In this document: positions 27,377 through 36,825 of the stretch, in pieces
Layout of the letters: each line of letters opens with the position of its first letter
Numbering within the stretch: the first letter of the stretch is position 1
The notes under the pieces: model-generated
What the model saw: the letters and a program-made list of their open reading frames with translations, nothing else
The model's database searches: none
Told to the model about the DNA's origin: nothing
DNA from: Deltaproteobacteria bacterium
GTDB taxonomy: Bacteria > Myxococcota_A > UBA9160 > UBA4427
DNA: 64,000 bases
Assembly: GCA_029261835.1 (NCBI GenBank)
Contig: JAJDAO010000026.1
Coordinates: forward strand, 132,666-196,665
Direction: 5' to 3'
Position numbers and translations under genes: made by a program

Positions 27377-28572
27377 GATTCGACGAGCTCCAGAGCCAGG
27401 GCGACCGCCTCGCCGCCGCCGATGCACAGGGTTGCGATCCCCTTTGTCAGCCCACCATCGCGCAGGGCGTGGATCAGCGTCACGAGAACGCGCGCACCCG
27501 AACAACCGATCGGATGACCAAGCGACACGGCACCGCCGTTCACGTTGACCCGCTCCATGTCGATGCCGTGCTCCTTCGCTGCGGCCATCGTGACACCGGA
27601 GAACGCCTCGTTGATCTCGTAGAGATCCCACTCCGACGAGGCCGTACCCGTCTTGGCGAACAGCTTCGCGAGCGCCTCCACCGGAGCGACGGTAAACCAC
27701 TTCGGCTCCACCGCGGCCGTTGCGTCGGCCACGATGCGAGCCAACACTGTGTAGCCGCGCTGTCTCGCCACCTCGCCCGTGGTGATGACGAGAGCCGCGG
27801 CGCCGTCATTCAGGGACGATGCGTTGGCTGCCGTCACCGTACCGCCGTCCGCCGTAAAGGCGGGCCGCAGCTTGGCGAACTTGCTCACATCGCCGCGACC
27901 GGGCTCCTCGTCCTGATCGATGACCAACGGATCGCCGCGCCTCTTCGGCACGCTGACCGGTACGATCTCGTGCTCGAAGCGACCCTCCTGCTGCGCTTTC
28001 AGCGCCCGCCGATAGCTCTCGGCCGCGAAAGCGTCCTGGTCTTCTCGCGTGAAGCCGTACTTCTCGGCGACGAGATCGCCGCAACACCCCATGTGGACCT
28101 GATCGTACGGGTCCCACAGGCCATCGTGGATCATCGTGTCGACGATCTCCGCGTTTCCCATTCGCAGACCGGCCCGCGCCTTGGGGAGCGCGTAGGGCGC
28201 ATTCGTCATCGACTCCATGCCACCGGCGACGACGACATCTGCCTCACCGATCAGAATCTCGCGTCGCGCGAACATCACGGCCTGCAGGCCCGAACCGCAG
28301 ACCTTGTTCAGCGTCACCGTCGACGTGCTCACCGGCAGCCCGGCTGCAATACTCGCCTGCCGGGCCGGGGCCTGCCCAATCGCCGCACTCAGCACATTGC
28401 CCATGAAGACATGCTCTACGTCTTCCGGGCTCGCTCCGGCACGACGCACCGCCTCGGCGATCGCGATCGCCCCGAGATCGGGGGCTCGCAAGGAGGCGAA
28501 GACCCCTTGAAAGCTCCCGATCGGCGTACGGATCGCGCTCGCAATGACGATCTCTCTCTGCGTCTCGCTCAT
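27373..28572 (-). CDS. acetyl-CoA C-acetyltransferase (thiolase II)
   Basis: Active-site Cys region (LNKVCGSGLQAV), NEAFSG and the C-terminal GHPIGCSGARV...CIGGGEAVA. Confidence 0.95.
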   Translation of the reverse strand: MSETQREIVIASAIRTPIGSFQGVFASLRAPDLGAIAIAEAVRRAGASPEDVEHVFMGNVLSAAIGQAPARQASIAAGLPVSTSTVTLNKVCGSGLQAVMFARREILIGEADVVVAGGMESMTNAPYALPKARAGLRMGNAEIVDTMIHDGLWDPYDQVHMGCCGDLVAEKYGFTREDQDAFAAESYRRALKAQQEGRFEHEIVPVSVPKRRGDPLVIDQDEEPGRGDVSKFAKLRPAFTADGGTVTAANASSLNDGAAALVITTGEVARQRGYTVLARIVADATAAVEPKWFTVAPVEALAKLFAKTGTASSEWDLYEINEAFSGVTMAAAKEHGIDMERVNVNGGAVSLGHPIGCSGARVLVTLIHALRDGGLTKGIATLCIGGGEAVALALELVES

Positions 28573-28734
28573 GACCTCTCCAGTAGGCCGGCCCCGGGAC
28601 TCGCCGGCGATGGGGTGATCCGGCCGATGGCCGGAGGGGGCCGGACATTAACGATTCTGCTCGCCTCCGCCAAGACAGCATAGGCGTCTCGCGGCGTACG
28701 ACCAGCAGCTTCCAGGCCAACGCGGCCCCGTCAC

Positions 28735-29658
28735 TCAGCCATATCCGAGCGACTCGATCCGCTTGAGGCTTTTCAGCCACTTCGGATCCACCTTGACGAA
28801 GGTCTCGAGATGAACCTGTCGATCCAGCAGGTGCTCGATCGATCTGCGGGCGCGAATGCCGATGCGCTTGACCATGTCGCCACCCGCCCCGATCACGATG
28901 CGCTTCTGCGAATCCCGCTCCACCAGCAGATTGGCGTGAATCTCCACGAGGTCGTGGCGGCTCTCCTCGAAACGCAGCACCTCGACGGCGATCGAATAGG
29001 GAAGCTCCTGCTGCAGACAATCAAAGGCCGCCTCGCGTATCAGCTCGGCGCAGAGCCAGCGCAGCGGCCGATCGGTCAGGACCTCCTCCGGATAGAGCCG
29101 CGGCGACTCGGGCAGCCGCCGGATCGTCTCCTCGAGAAGCTGCGCGACCCCCTCCCCCGTGAGCCCGGAGAGGGGAATGGCCGCCGCCGCTCCGGGCGCC
29201 TCCTCGGGTGGCCAGACAGTCCGGCAGGCGGTGCCGAGATCGCTCTTCGTGCCGACCACGATCAGCGGCGTGCCTCGAGCGCTGAGCTGTCCGTAGAGAC
29301 TCTCGTGCGCGTCGCCCCAGCCCGTGGTGCGATCGACCAGCAGCAAGGCGACATCGCAGTCGCGTGCGACGTCATTGACAGCGTCGTTGAGCGCAACGTT
29401 GAGCCGCTTGCTGCTGGCGTGCAGACCGGGCGTGTCGACGAGCATGAGCTGAGCGCTGGGCAGCGTCAGAACACCCAGGATTCGGCTTCGGGTCGTTTGC
29501 GGCTTGGCAGTGACAATGGCGAGCTTCTCGCCCAAGAGCCGATTCAAGAGCGTCGACTTGCCCGCATTCGGCGGTCCCAGCAGAGCGACGAAGCCCGCGC
29601 GGTGAACGCCCTCGCCACCGTCGGTCGAACTCGCGTCGCCCAACCCCTCGCTCACCAA
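28735..29658 (-). CDS. era: GTPase Era
   Basis: G1 (LLGPPNAGKSTLLN), G2 (TTR), G3 (DTPG), G4 (TKSD) and a C-terminal KH domain. Confidence 0.95.
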   Translation of the reverse strand: MVSEGLGDASSTDGGEGVHRAGFVALLGPPNAGKSTLLNRLLGEKLAIVTAKPQTTRSRILGVLTLPSAQLMLVDTPGLHASSKRLNVALNDAVNDVARDCDVALLLVDRTTGWGDAHESLYGQLSARGTPLIVVGTKSDLGTACRTVWPPEEAPGAAAAIPLSGLTGEGVAQLLEETIRRLPESPRLYPEEVLTDRPLRWLCAELIREAAFDCLQQELPYSIAVEVLRFEESRHDLVEIHANLLVERDSQKRIVIGAGGDMVKRIGIRARRSIEHLLDRQVHLETFVKVDPKWLKSLKRIESLGYG

Positions 29659-29667
29659 CGTCCCCGA

Positions 29668-30408
29668 TCAGTTCTTCGATTCATCGCGCCCGTCCACGCG
29701 CGCCAGCGCGACTTCGGCGGCCGCTCGCTCGGCCGCACGCTTGGTTCGCCCGACGCCCTCTCCCCACGCTTCTCCCCCAACACGCGCGCGCACAGTAAAG
29801 CGCGCGTTGTCCCCCTCGATCGCGCTGTCGTGGACGAGTTCGTAGCACGGGAACTCGCCGTGCCTCGCCATCACCGATTCCTGGAAGCGCGTCTTCGGAT
29901 CGGGTGCAACCGGCGGTGCGTCCTCACGGACCGCCTCTCCGTAAACGCTGCGCACGAGCGCGCTGACGGGCTCCAGCCCTGCGTCGAGATACAGCGCACC
30001 CAGAATCGCCTCCATGGCATCGGCCAGGATCGACTCCTTCTCTCGCCCACCCGACTGATGTTCGGTTCTCCCGAGCAGCAGCGCCTCGGCCACGCCCAGC
30101 TCCCGCGCCATTGCTGCGAGTGCCCGGCGATCCACGAGCTGCTGGAGTCCGCGGGTCAGGTCTCCCTCCCGCCAACTCGGGTTGGCCTCGAACAACAAAT
30201 GTGCGACCACGACCGCGATCACGGCGTCGCCGAGGAATTCGAGACGTTCGTTGCTCTCCAGGCCGCCGGCCTCGTGAGCCCAGGAGGAGTGGCGCAGGGC
30301 GAGCTGCAGCAAGCTTCGGTCGCGAAACCGGTGGCCGAGTTGCCGCTCGAGCGGCGCAAGATCTTCGCTTTCCTCTTGATCCATCTCTCCTGACCGCTCA
30401 CTTCTCAC
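29668..30408 (-). CDS. rnc: ribonuclease III
   Basis: Signature NERLEFLGDAV plus a C-terminal dsRBD. Confidence 0.95.
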   Translation of the reverse strand: MRSERSGEMDQEESEDLAPLERQLGHRFRDRSLLQLALRHSSWAHEAGGLESNERLEFLGDAVIAVVVAHLLFEANPSWREGDLTRGLQQLVDRRALAAMARELGVAEALLLGRTEHQSGGREKESILADAMEAILGALYLDAGLEPVSALVRSVYGEAVREDAPPVAPDPKTRFQESVMARHGEFPCYELVHDSAIEGDNARFTVRARVGGEAWGEGVGRTKRAAERAAAEVALARVDGRDESKN

Positions 30409-31532
30409 TTGAGTGCGGTGCTGATCCAGCCACCGCCGAGGGTTCGCTCGCCGCCCTCTTCTCGCCCAGCCTCCGCCGTCGGCGGATCGTAGAAGACCGC
30501 CGCCTGCCCCGGCGCGACCGCCTCCACCGGCTCGTCGAAGAGCAGCCGTGCTCGACCACCGGGCAGTGCCTCCACACGAGCGTTCACGCCCGCATGGCGG
30601 TGCCGAACCTGGGCGCGAACTTGCAGCGCTCGCTCCGGCGGCTGACCCGAGATCCAGTTCACCCCGGTAAGCTCGGCGCCATGAGCGGCGAGAGCCTCAA
30701 TGCCGCCAACGACGACTCGCTGCGAATCGGGTTCGATGCGACTGACATAGAGCCGTCGCCCCGCACTGATGCCCAACCCATGGCGCTGGCCCACCGTAAA
30801 GTGGTGGATGCCGGCATGCCTCCCCAGGACTCGGCCCGCTTCATCGACGATCTCACCGGCGAGCTGGCCCGCTTCGGGCCGGAGGCGCTCGACCAGGCCC
30901 GCGTAGTCCCCATCCGGTACGAAACAGATCTCCTGACTCTCCGGCTTGTCGGCCGTCGTCAAACCGATCTCCCTCGCGTGCTCGCGCACCTGGCTCTTCG
31001 TCATGGCGCCCAGAGGGAAGCAGGCCCGAGACAGCTGCGCCTGGCCCAGCTCGAAGAGGAAGTAGGTCTGGTCTTTGCTTCGATCTGCCGCTCGGCGCAG
31101 CGTGTAGAGCTCGCTCGACGGATCTCGCTCCACTCGCGCGTAGTGCCCCGTCGCCACCTTCTCCGCTCCAAAGACGCGTGCGCGCTCCATCAGATACTCG
31201 AACTTGAAGCGCGTATTGCAGGCCACGCACGGAATCGGCGTGCGGCCGGACAGATAGCTGTCCGCGAACGGTACGATGACCTCCTGCTCGAATCGCTCGC
31301 GGTAGTTGGCGACGAAGAAACGAACTCCGAGCCGCTGCGCTACGCGCCGGGCATCCTCCGCGTCCTCCAGCGAGCAGCAGCGTGAAGCCCCCCCCGCCAG
31401 GTGCATCGTGATGCCGATGACTTCGTAGCCCTGCTCGACGAGCCGCGCAGCCGCGGTGGAGGAATCCACACCACCCGACATGGCGACCACAACACGCTCA
31501 CGCGGAGCCACTGCCGCAGCCGGGCCGGTCAC
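30405..31532 (-). CDS. mnmA: tRNA-specific 2-thiouridylase
   Basis: PP-loop (VAMSGGVDSS) and conserved cysteines typical of MnmA (IPCVACN). 4-bp overlaps with both neighbours. Confidence 0.95.
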   Translation of the reverse strand: MTGPAAAVAPRERVVVAMSGGVDSSTAAARLVEQGYEVIGITMHLAGGASRCCSLEDAEDARRVAQRLGVRFFVANYRERFEQEVIVPFADSYLSGRTPIPCVACNTRFKFEYLMERARVFGAEKVATGHYARVERDPSSELYTLRRAADRSKDQTYFLFELGQAQLSRACFPLGAMTKSQVREHAREIGLTTADKPESQEICFVPDGDYAGLVERLRPEAGQLAGEIVDEAGRVLGRHAGIHHFTVGQRHGLGISAGRRLYVSRIEPDSQRVVVGGIEALAAHGAELTGVNWISGQPPERALQVRAQVRHRHAGVNARVEALPGGRARLLFDEPVEAVAPGQAAVFYDPPTAEAGREEGGERTLGGGWISTALK

Positions 31533-32674
31533 GCCTCGACTGCCTCGCGTGCGAGCGGGACCAGCTTCTCGAGCAACTCGATCACGCGATCGATCTGCGC
31601 CGCATCGACGCCGTGTCCGACACTGAAGCGAAGACAGCTTCGCGCCTCTTCGGGTGTTCGGCCCATCGCGGTCAAGACGTGTGACGCGGATATGGAGCCG
31701 GAGTGACAGGCGGCGCCGGCAGACACTGCGACGCCCTCCAAGTCGAGCGCCTGCAGCAGCACCTCACCGGCGCTTCCGGCAAACTCGACGTTCAGCGTGT
31801 TGGGCAACACGTGCTCGGACGAACCATTGCGTCGCAGGCCGGCGATGGACGTCTCAATGCCGCGCCACAGACGATCGCGCAGCTCGGCATAGCGACGCCG
31901 ACGCTCGCCGAGCTCCTGCTCCGCCAGAGCGCAAGCGCTCCCGAGCCCCGCGATCCCGCTGACGTTCTCCGTCCCTCCGCGTCGCTGGCGTTCCTGTCCA
32001 CCGCCCAGCAGCAGCGGCTCGATCCCGCCATCGCCTGCCACCACAAGCGCGCCGACACCCTTCGGGCCGTTGAATTTGTGGGCCGAGCATGAGAGATACG
32101 CGACCGGAATGCGCGAAAGATCGACGGGCCACTTGCCGATCGCCTGAGTGGCGTCGACGTGAAACGGCACGCCGCGCTGCTCTGCGCACGCGGCGATCTC
32201 CTCGATGGGCTGGATCACACCGGTCTCGTTGTTGGCCCAGATGACGGAGATCAGCGCCGTTGCGTCCTCGATCGCTTCGGCCAACCTGGACGGGTCGACG
32301 CGACCGTCTTCGTCGACCGGCACGCGCGTGACGCGAAACCCGCGCGCCTCGAGCCAAGTGCACGGCTCCTGTACGGACGGGTGCTCGATCGTCGTGGTCA
32401 CGACATGGCGTCGCGATGCGTTCGCGGCGAGCAGACCGCACAGCAGTGTGTTATTCGATTCTGTGGCGCCGCTCGTGAAGAACACCCTCTTCGGCTCGGT
32501 CCCCAAGCAGCTCGCGACCTGCTCGCGCGCGTTCGTAACGGCAGCGAGTGCGGCAGCCCCCTCCGCATGAGTACTCGAGGGGTTGCCGGGGTTCTCACGC
32601 AAGACGGCCGTCATCACTTCGACGACCTCTTCTCGCACCGGCGTCGTGGCGTTGTGATCCAGATAGATGCGCAT
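31529..32674 (-). CDS. cysteine desulfurase (NifS/IscS class V aminotransferase)
   Basis: MRIYLDHNATTP, SGATESNN, the PLP lysine region SAHKFNGPKG and the active-site loop SAGAACHSG. Start at ATG 32674. Confidence 0.92.
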   Translation of the reverse strand: MRIYLDHNATTPVREEVVEVMTAVLRENPGNPSSTHAEGAAALAAVTNAREQVASCLGTEPKRVFFTSGATESNNTLLCGLLAANASRRHVVTTTIEHPSVQEPCTWLEARGFRVTRVPVDEDGRVDPSRLAEAIEDATALISVIWANNETGVIQPIEEIAACAEQRGVPFHVDATQAIGKWPVDLSRIPVAYLSCSAHKFNGPKGVGALVVAGDGGIEPLLLGGGQERQRRGGTENVSGIAGLGSACALAEQELGERRRRYAELRDRLWRGIETSIAGLRRNGSSEHVLPNTLNVEFAGSAGEVLLQALDLEGVAVSAGAACHSGSISASHVLTAMGRTPEEARSCLRFSVGHGVDAAQIDRVIELLEKLVPLAREAVEA

Positions 32675-32955
32675 GCTGGAGCTTCCGAAGAGCACCGCTG
32701 CGGCGCCCTGGCAAGGAGTCGTCGCGACCGTACCCCAGCCCTAGCCCCGATGCGACATTCGGATCAGGGCCCTACCCCGAATGGCGCGGCGCTTTCGCAC
32801 GGCTCACACCGCGTTCCCCTTCTCCGCTTCCGCATGCGTATCTCCACTCGAGTGACTTCTTGGCGCCAGATCACGAAACACCTCGAATCGACCAGCCACA
32901 CGCCAGAATCGCCCATAGGGGAACGCGCGCTCTGCCGGACTACACCCAATCGGGG

Positions 32956-34314
32956 CTAGAGAGGGTCAAGCGCTCCAGCCTGCACCACCATGTCGGCCAG
33001 GCTGCGTTCGCCCGCAACGCCCGCCACGACGCGATCCAGCTCCCCGAGCACCTGGTCGACCGACTGCTGCGTCTCCCCGGCAGCCGGTCCGCTGGCAGCA
33101 GAGCGCCGCGGGGAACGGCGGCTGCCTCGGATGGCCTTCAGCACGTCTTCGGCGCTGATGTCGCCGAGAGGCCGTGCCGGCAGGTAGCCACCCTCGCGGT
33201 CGTCAACGGCGCAAAGCGCAATCACCCGCTCCACCTCGAGAGCCTCGAGCAGCTCGCGAACCGTTCGCACCGGCATCTCGAGGCGATCTGCCAGGTCGTC
33301 CGCCGCGGGCGGCGGCTCGTGCTCGTGGAAGGCTCGCGCGACTTCCACCGCAAGACGCAAGCCCACCGCTTCTCTCTCCGCCGGACCCGGCGCCATCCCC
33401 CGCAGCTCACGGCGATAGTGCGAGAGGTTCTGATGCGCGAACGCGACCTCGGCCCCGAGCAGCAAGACGGCCCAACAGATGTAGAGCCAGGCCAGCACCA
33501 GCGGCAGCGCGGCAAAGCTGCCGAAGAGCACACTGTAGCGGGTCGCGCCCACACTGAAGTCGACGTATACGTGTCGGGCCAGCGAGAAGAGCAGAGTTGC
33601 GAGCAGCGCGCCCATCAACGCGGACAGCGGACGCACGTTGGTGTTCGGAAAGAACCAGTACAGGAATGTGAATGCGGCGAGCAGAAAGACCATCGGCAAC
33701 TGCGTGAGGCCCGCGTCGTAGAGCGAGGCGAAGAGCGGCGACTCGAGCAGTCGGTGAATCACGGGCTCACTCTGGAGGGTCGTGGCCAGCGAGAGAGCGA
33801 CCGCGGTCAGGATCGGCGCCACGATCAGTACGGCGAGATAGTCGGAGAAACGGCGCATCCAGCTCCGGCGATGGCGCACGCCCCAGATCTCGTTGAGCGT
33901 CTCCTCCAGATGCCGAAGTGCCAGCACTGTCGTGAGAACCAGGATCGCTGCCCCGATTGTTCCGAGGCTGCCGAGCTTGGCCTCGCGCACACGCTCCAGA
34001 ATCGTCTGCTTGACCTCCGGAGCCACAACCGTGAGCTGGTCGACCAGCATATTCACGAGACTCTCGTCGGCGTCGACCATGCGCACGAACCCGACCATCA
34101 CAGCGAGCAGCGGAATCAGCGACAGCACTGTGACGTAGGTGAGCGCACTGGCCCGCAGCAGCAAGCGGTCGCGTACGAAGCCGCGCGAGATCATCACCGC
34201 GAGCTGCAACACGCGCACGACACTGGCGGACAGCGAGCGCGGGCGCAGATCGACGTGCCAGAGATCTTCGACGACGAAGCGCCGGGCACGCGTGACTATC
34301 TCGACTGCGTACAT
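32956..34314 (-). CDS. YihY/BrkB-family inner-membrane protein with C-terminal winged-helix-like extension
   Basis: ALTYVTVLSLIPLLAV plus several TM segments typical of YihY. The last ~130 aa are soluble and resemble a wHTH (DLADRLEMPVRTVRELLEALE). Confidence 0.85.
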   Translation of the reverse strand: MYAVEIVTRARRFVVEDLWHVDLRPRSLSASVVRVLQLAVMISRGFVRDRLLLRASALTYVTVLSLIPLLAVMVGFVRMVDADESLVNMLVDQLTVVAPEVKQTILERVREAKLGSLGTIGAAILVLTTVLALRHLEETLNEIWGVRHRRSWMRRFSDYLAVLIVAPILTAVALSLATTLQSEPVIHRLLESPLFASLYDAGLTQLPMVFLLAAFTFLYWFFPNTNVRPLSALMGALLATLLFSLARHVYVDFSVGATRYSVLFGSFAALPLVLAWLYICWAVLLLGAEVAFAHQNLSHYRRELRGMAPGPAEREAVGLRLAVEVARAFHEHEPPPAADDLADRLEMPVRTVRELLEALEVERVIALCAVDDREGGYLPARPLGDISAEDVLKAIRGSRRSPRRSAASGPAAGETQQSVDQVLGELDRVVAGVAGERSLADMVVQAGALDPL

Positions 34315-34341
34315 TCCGCCCCCCCTGGGTCGGCGCCGGGC

Positions 34342-34800
34342 TCATGGGCCGCCCAACGGGCAGCCTACACCGCTTCCCACGCCCTCGACAGGCGGCTCGA
34401 CGTGAGCCCAACCCGCCAGCCCGAGCACTGTTCGTGGCCCGATTCCGGGCGTCCGCTCCAGCTCTTCCAACGTGGCGAACGGCCGCTCACGACGTGCGCG
34501 CTCAATCGCCTGCGCACGGCTCGGACCAATTCCTGGCAGACTCTCGAGCGCTCTGGCGTCGGCGCGATTGAGATCCAGCGTCTGGCCGAAGAGGAGACGA
34601 GCGGGGCCGCGCAGTGCCCGTGCGGGCGCCCCATCGCCGCAGCAGGCCACCTCCACCGTCCAGCCCTCGCGAGCCCGCCACTCGCTGGGCTCCCGGCACG
34701 GCGCCGCCCGCTCGCCCTCACGCCAAGAGCCGGCCAGTAGCAGTGCTCCAGCAAGCAGCGCAGCCCCGGCGGCCGATCCACGACGCCGATGCAGCGACAC
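34342..34800 (-). CDS. ComEA-like helix-hairpin-helix DNA-binding protein
   Basis: Signal/anchor N-terminus and a tandem HhH (LDLNRADARALESLPGIGPSRAQAI...LERTPGIGPRT). Confidence 0.8.
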   Translation of the reverse strand: MSLHRRRGSAAGAALLAGALLLAGSWREGERAAPCREPSEWRAREGWTVEVACCGDGAPARALRGPARLLFGQTLDLNRADARALESLPGIGPSRAQAIERARRERPFATLEELERTPGIGPRTVLGLAGWAHVEPPVEGVGSGVGCPLGGP

Positions 34801-34872
34801 GAACCCCCTCTTCAGATGTCTCGGGACCGCCTTTGACCTGACTCGGGCCGACGCGGGGCCGCAGGGCGCGCC

Positions 34873-36111
34873 CTACTCTGTTGTCGGCTCGCTGGCGCCG
34901 TCTTCGACGAAGGCGGCGTGGAGGCCGCGAATCGCCAGCTCGGCGTACTTCTCCGCGATCACGACGGATATCTTGATCTCACTCGTCGTGATCATCTGGA
35001 TATTGATGCCTTCCTCCGCCAGCACGTTGAACATCTTCGTCGCCACACCGGCGTGGTCCTTCATCCCCAGGCCGACGACCGACACCTTGGCGATGTTCTC
35101 GTCACCCTCGACCTGCTCGGCCGCCATCTCGCTCCCGACCTTCTTCGCGATCTCGAGCGCCTTGCGGTAGTCGCCCTTCGGCACCGTGAAGGTCATGTCG
35201 GTCGTGCCGTCGCTGGCAAAGTTCTGCAGGATCATGTCGACCACGATCCCCGCCTCGCCAAGCGGCGTGAAGAGACGCGCCGCGATGCCGGGTTGATCCG
35301 CCACGCCCTTGAGGCGGATCTTCGCCTCGTCGACATTGTAGGTGACCCCGGAAACCACCAAACGCTCCATGACATCCTCCTCCGGAACGACCCAGGTGCC
35401 CACGTCCGACCCGAAGCTGGACCGTACGTGGAGCGGCAGGCCATAACGCATGGCGAACTTTACCGAACGAATCTGCAACACCTTGGCACCGAGACTGGCG
35501 AGCTCGAGCATCTCTTCGAACGAGATGCGAGGGAGCTTGCGCGCACCGGGCACCAACCTGGGGTCGGTCGTATACACACCATCGACGTCAGTGTAAATCT
35601 CGCAAACATCGGCCCCCAGCGCGCAAGCCACGGCCACCGCCGAGGTATCAGAGCCACCACGGCCGAGCGTCGTGATGTTGCCTTGATCGTCGACGCCTTG
35701 GAAACCGGCGATGACACAGACCTCGTCCTTGGCCAGCACCGCCTCCAGGCTACTCGTGTCGATGCTCAAAATGCGCGCCCGCGTGTGGTCCGTGTCCGTC
35801 AACATGCCCATCTGGGCGCCGGTGAACGAGCGGGCGCCGTGTCCGAGCTGTTGAATCGCCATCGCGAGCAGGGCAATGGTCTTCTGCTCGCCGGTGGAAA
35901 CGAGAGTGTCATACTCCCGGGGATCGGGCTCGTCTCCGCCAGCCTGATTCGCCAGCTCGACCAGCTTGTTCGTCTCGCCCGACATGGCGGAGACGCAGAC
36001 CACCACCCGGTTGCCCGCCGTCTTCGTCTCCACCACCCTTCGAGCAACGTTTCTTATGCGCTCGATATCACCAACGCTGGTGCCACCGAACTTCTGAACG
36101 ATTAGTGCCAT
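34873..36111 (-). CDS. ask: aspartate kinase
   Basis: MALIVQKFGGTSV, GRGGSDTSAV and C-terminal tandem ACT domains. Confidence 0.96.
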   Translation of the reverse strand: MALIVQKFGGTSVGDIERIRNVARRVVETKTAGNRVVVCVSAMSGETNKLVELANQAGGDEPDPREYDTLVSTGEQKTIALLAMAIQQLGHGARSFTGAQMGMLTDTDHTRARILSIDTSSLEAVLAKDEVCVIAGFQGVDDQGNITTLGRGGSDTSAVAVACALGADVCEIYTDVDGVYTTDPRLVPGARKLPRISFEEMLELASLGAKVLQIRSVKFAMRYGLPLHVRSSFGSDVGTWVVPEEDVMERLVVSGVTYNVDEAKIRLKGVADQPGIAARLFTPLGEAGIVVDMILQNFASDGTTDMTFTVPKGDYRKALEIAKKVGSEMAAEQVEGDENIAKVSVVGLGMKDHAGVATKMFNVLAEEGINIQMITTSEIKISVVIAEKYAELAIRGLHAAFVEDGASEPTTE

Positions 36112-36243
36112 CGTCTCACTCTCTGGTCAGTCTGTGGCGTCGAAGGACAGGACATTAGCCTGCATTCTTCACCAGGTCGCGTAGCGAAGCGGTGCAGAGA
36201 CCCGATGAGGAACGCAGGCTAGCCCGGATCGTCGATCCGGTCC

Positions 36244-36825
36244 CTACGTCGCGGCGGGATCGCTCGCTTCGACCACGCGGCTTCGCCAGTACTCCAGCAC
36301 CCGGGCTGAGGCGGGCCCCGTGGCCGCCGCGATCAGGCTGCGCCCGTCGCAGGACGAAGCGTCCGGCTGCCGGGCCGCGTCCTGGCGGGCCAGCGTGACT
36401 TCGAGTCGATCGGCCGGGAGCGCATCCGCGAAGCGATCGCCCCACTCCACCGCAACCAGGGCACCGGGCTCGAGCAGATCGTAGAAGCCCGCCAGCTCCA
36501 GCTCGGCCGCACTCTGCAGACGGTAGAGATCGACGTGGCTCAGACGCACGCCGCCCGCCGGCCCCGCGTACTGGCTGGCGATCACATAGGTCGGACTCGA
36601 GACGCTGGCGGGATCGATTCCGAGGCCCTCGGCGAGGCCCTTGACGAAGACCGTCTTGCCAGCGCCGAGCTCTCCCGCGAGCGAGATCACCAGAGCCGGT
36701 GAACTGGCGGACCGGACGACGGCATCCGCCAGGCTCCGCGCGATCGAGCGGGTCTCTTCAGTGTCCCGGGAACGGAAGCAGAGTCGGCCGCCCCGCTCCT
36801 CTGCTCTCGGCAGCGCCTCGCTCAC
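36244..36825 (-). CDS. tsaE: tRNA threonylcarbamoyladenosine biosynthesis ATPase TsaE
   Basis: GELGAGKTVFVKGLAEGLG, SPTYV and HVDLYRL motifs. The track start overlaps the nnr 3' end by 68 nt, so the true start may be further downstream. Confidence 0.88.
   Translation of the reverse strand: MSEALPRAEERGGRLCFRSRDTEETRSIARSLADAVVRSASSPALVISLAGELGAGKTVFVKGLAEGLGIDPASVSSPTYVIASQYAGPAGGVRLSHVDLYRLQSAAELELAGFYDLLEPGALVAVEWGDRFADALPADRLEVTLARQDAARQPDASSCDGRSLIAAATGPASARVLEYWRSRVVEASDPAAT

Noticed and set aside
36122-36159. An extra TCTGGTC copy upstream of the aspartokinase gene, and a 13/14 match (GACAGGACATTAGC) to the right arm of the 164-bp palindrome (GACAGGACACTAGC, 57525-57538).
   Set aside because: A 7-mer is expected several times by chance in 64 kb. 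A single 13/14 match without its partner arm is weak evidence. It is worth a genome-wide search, but on its own it does not support a repeat family.
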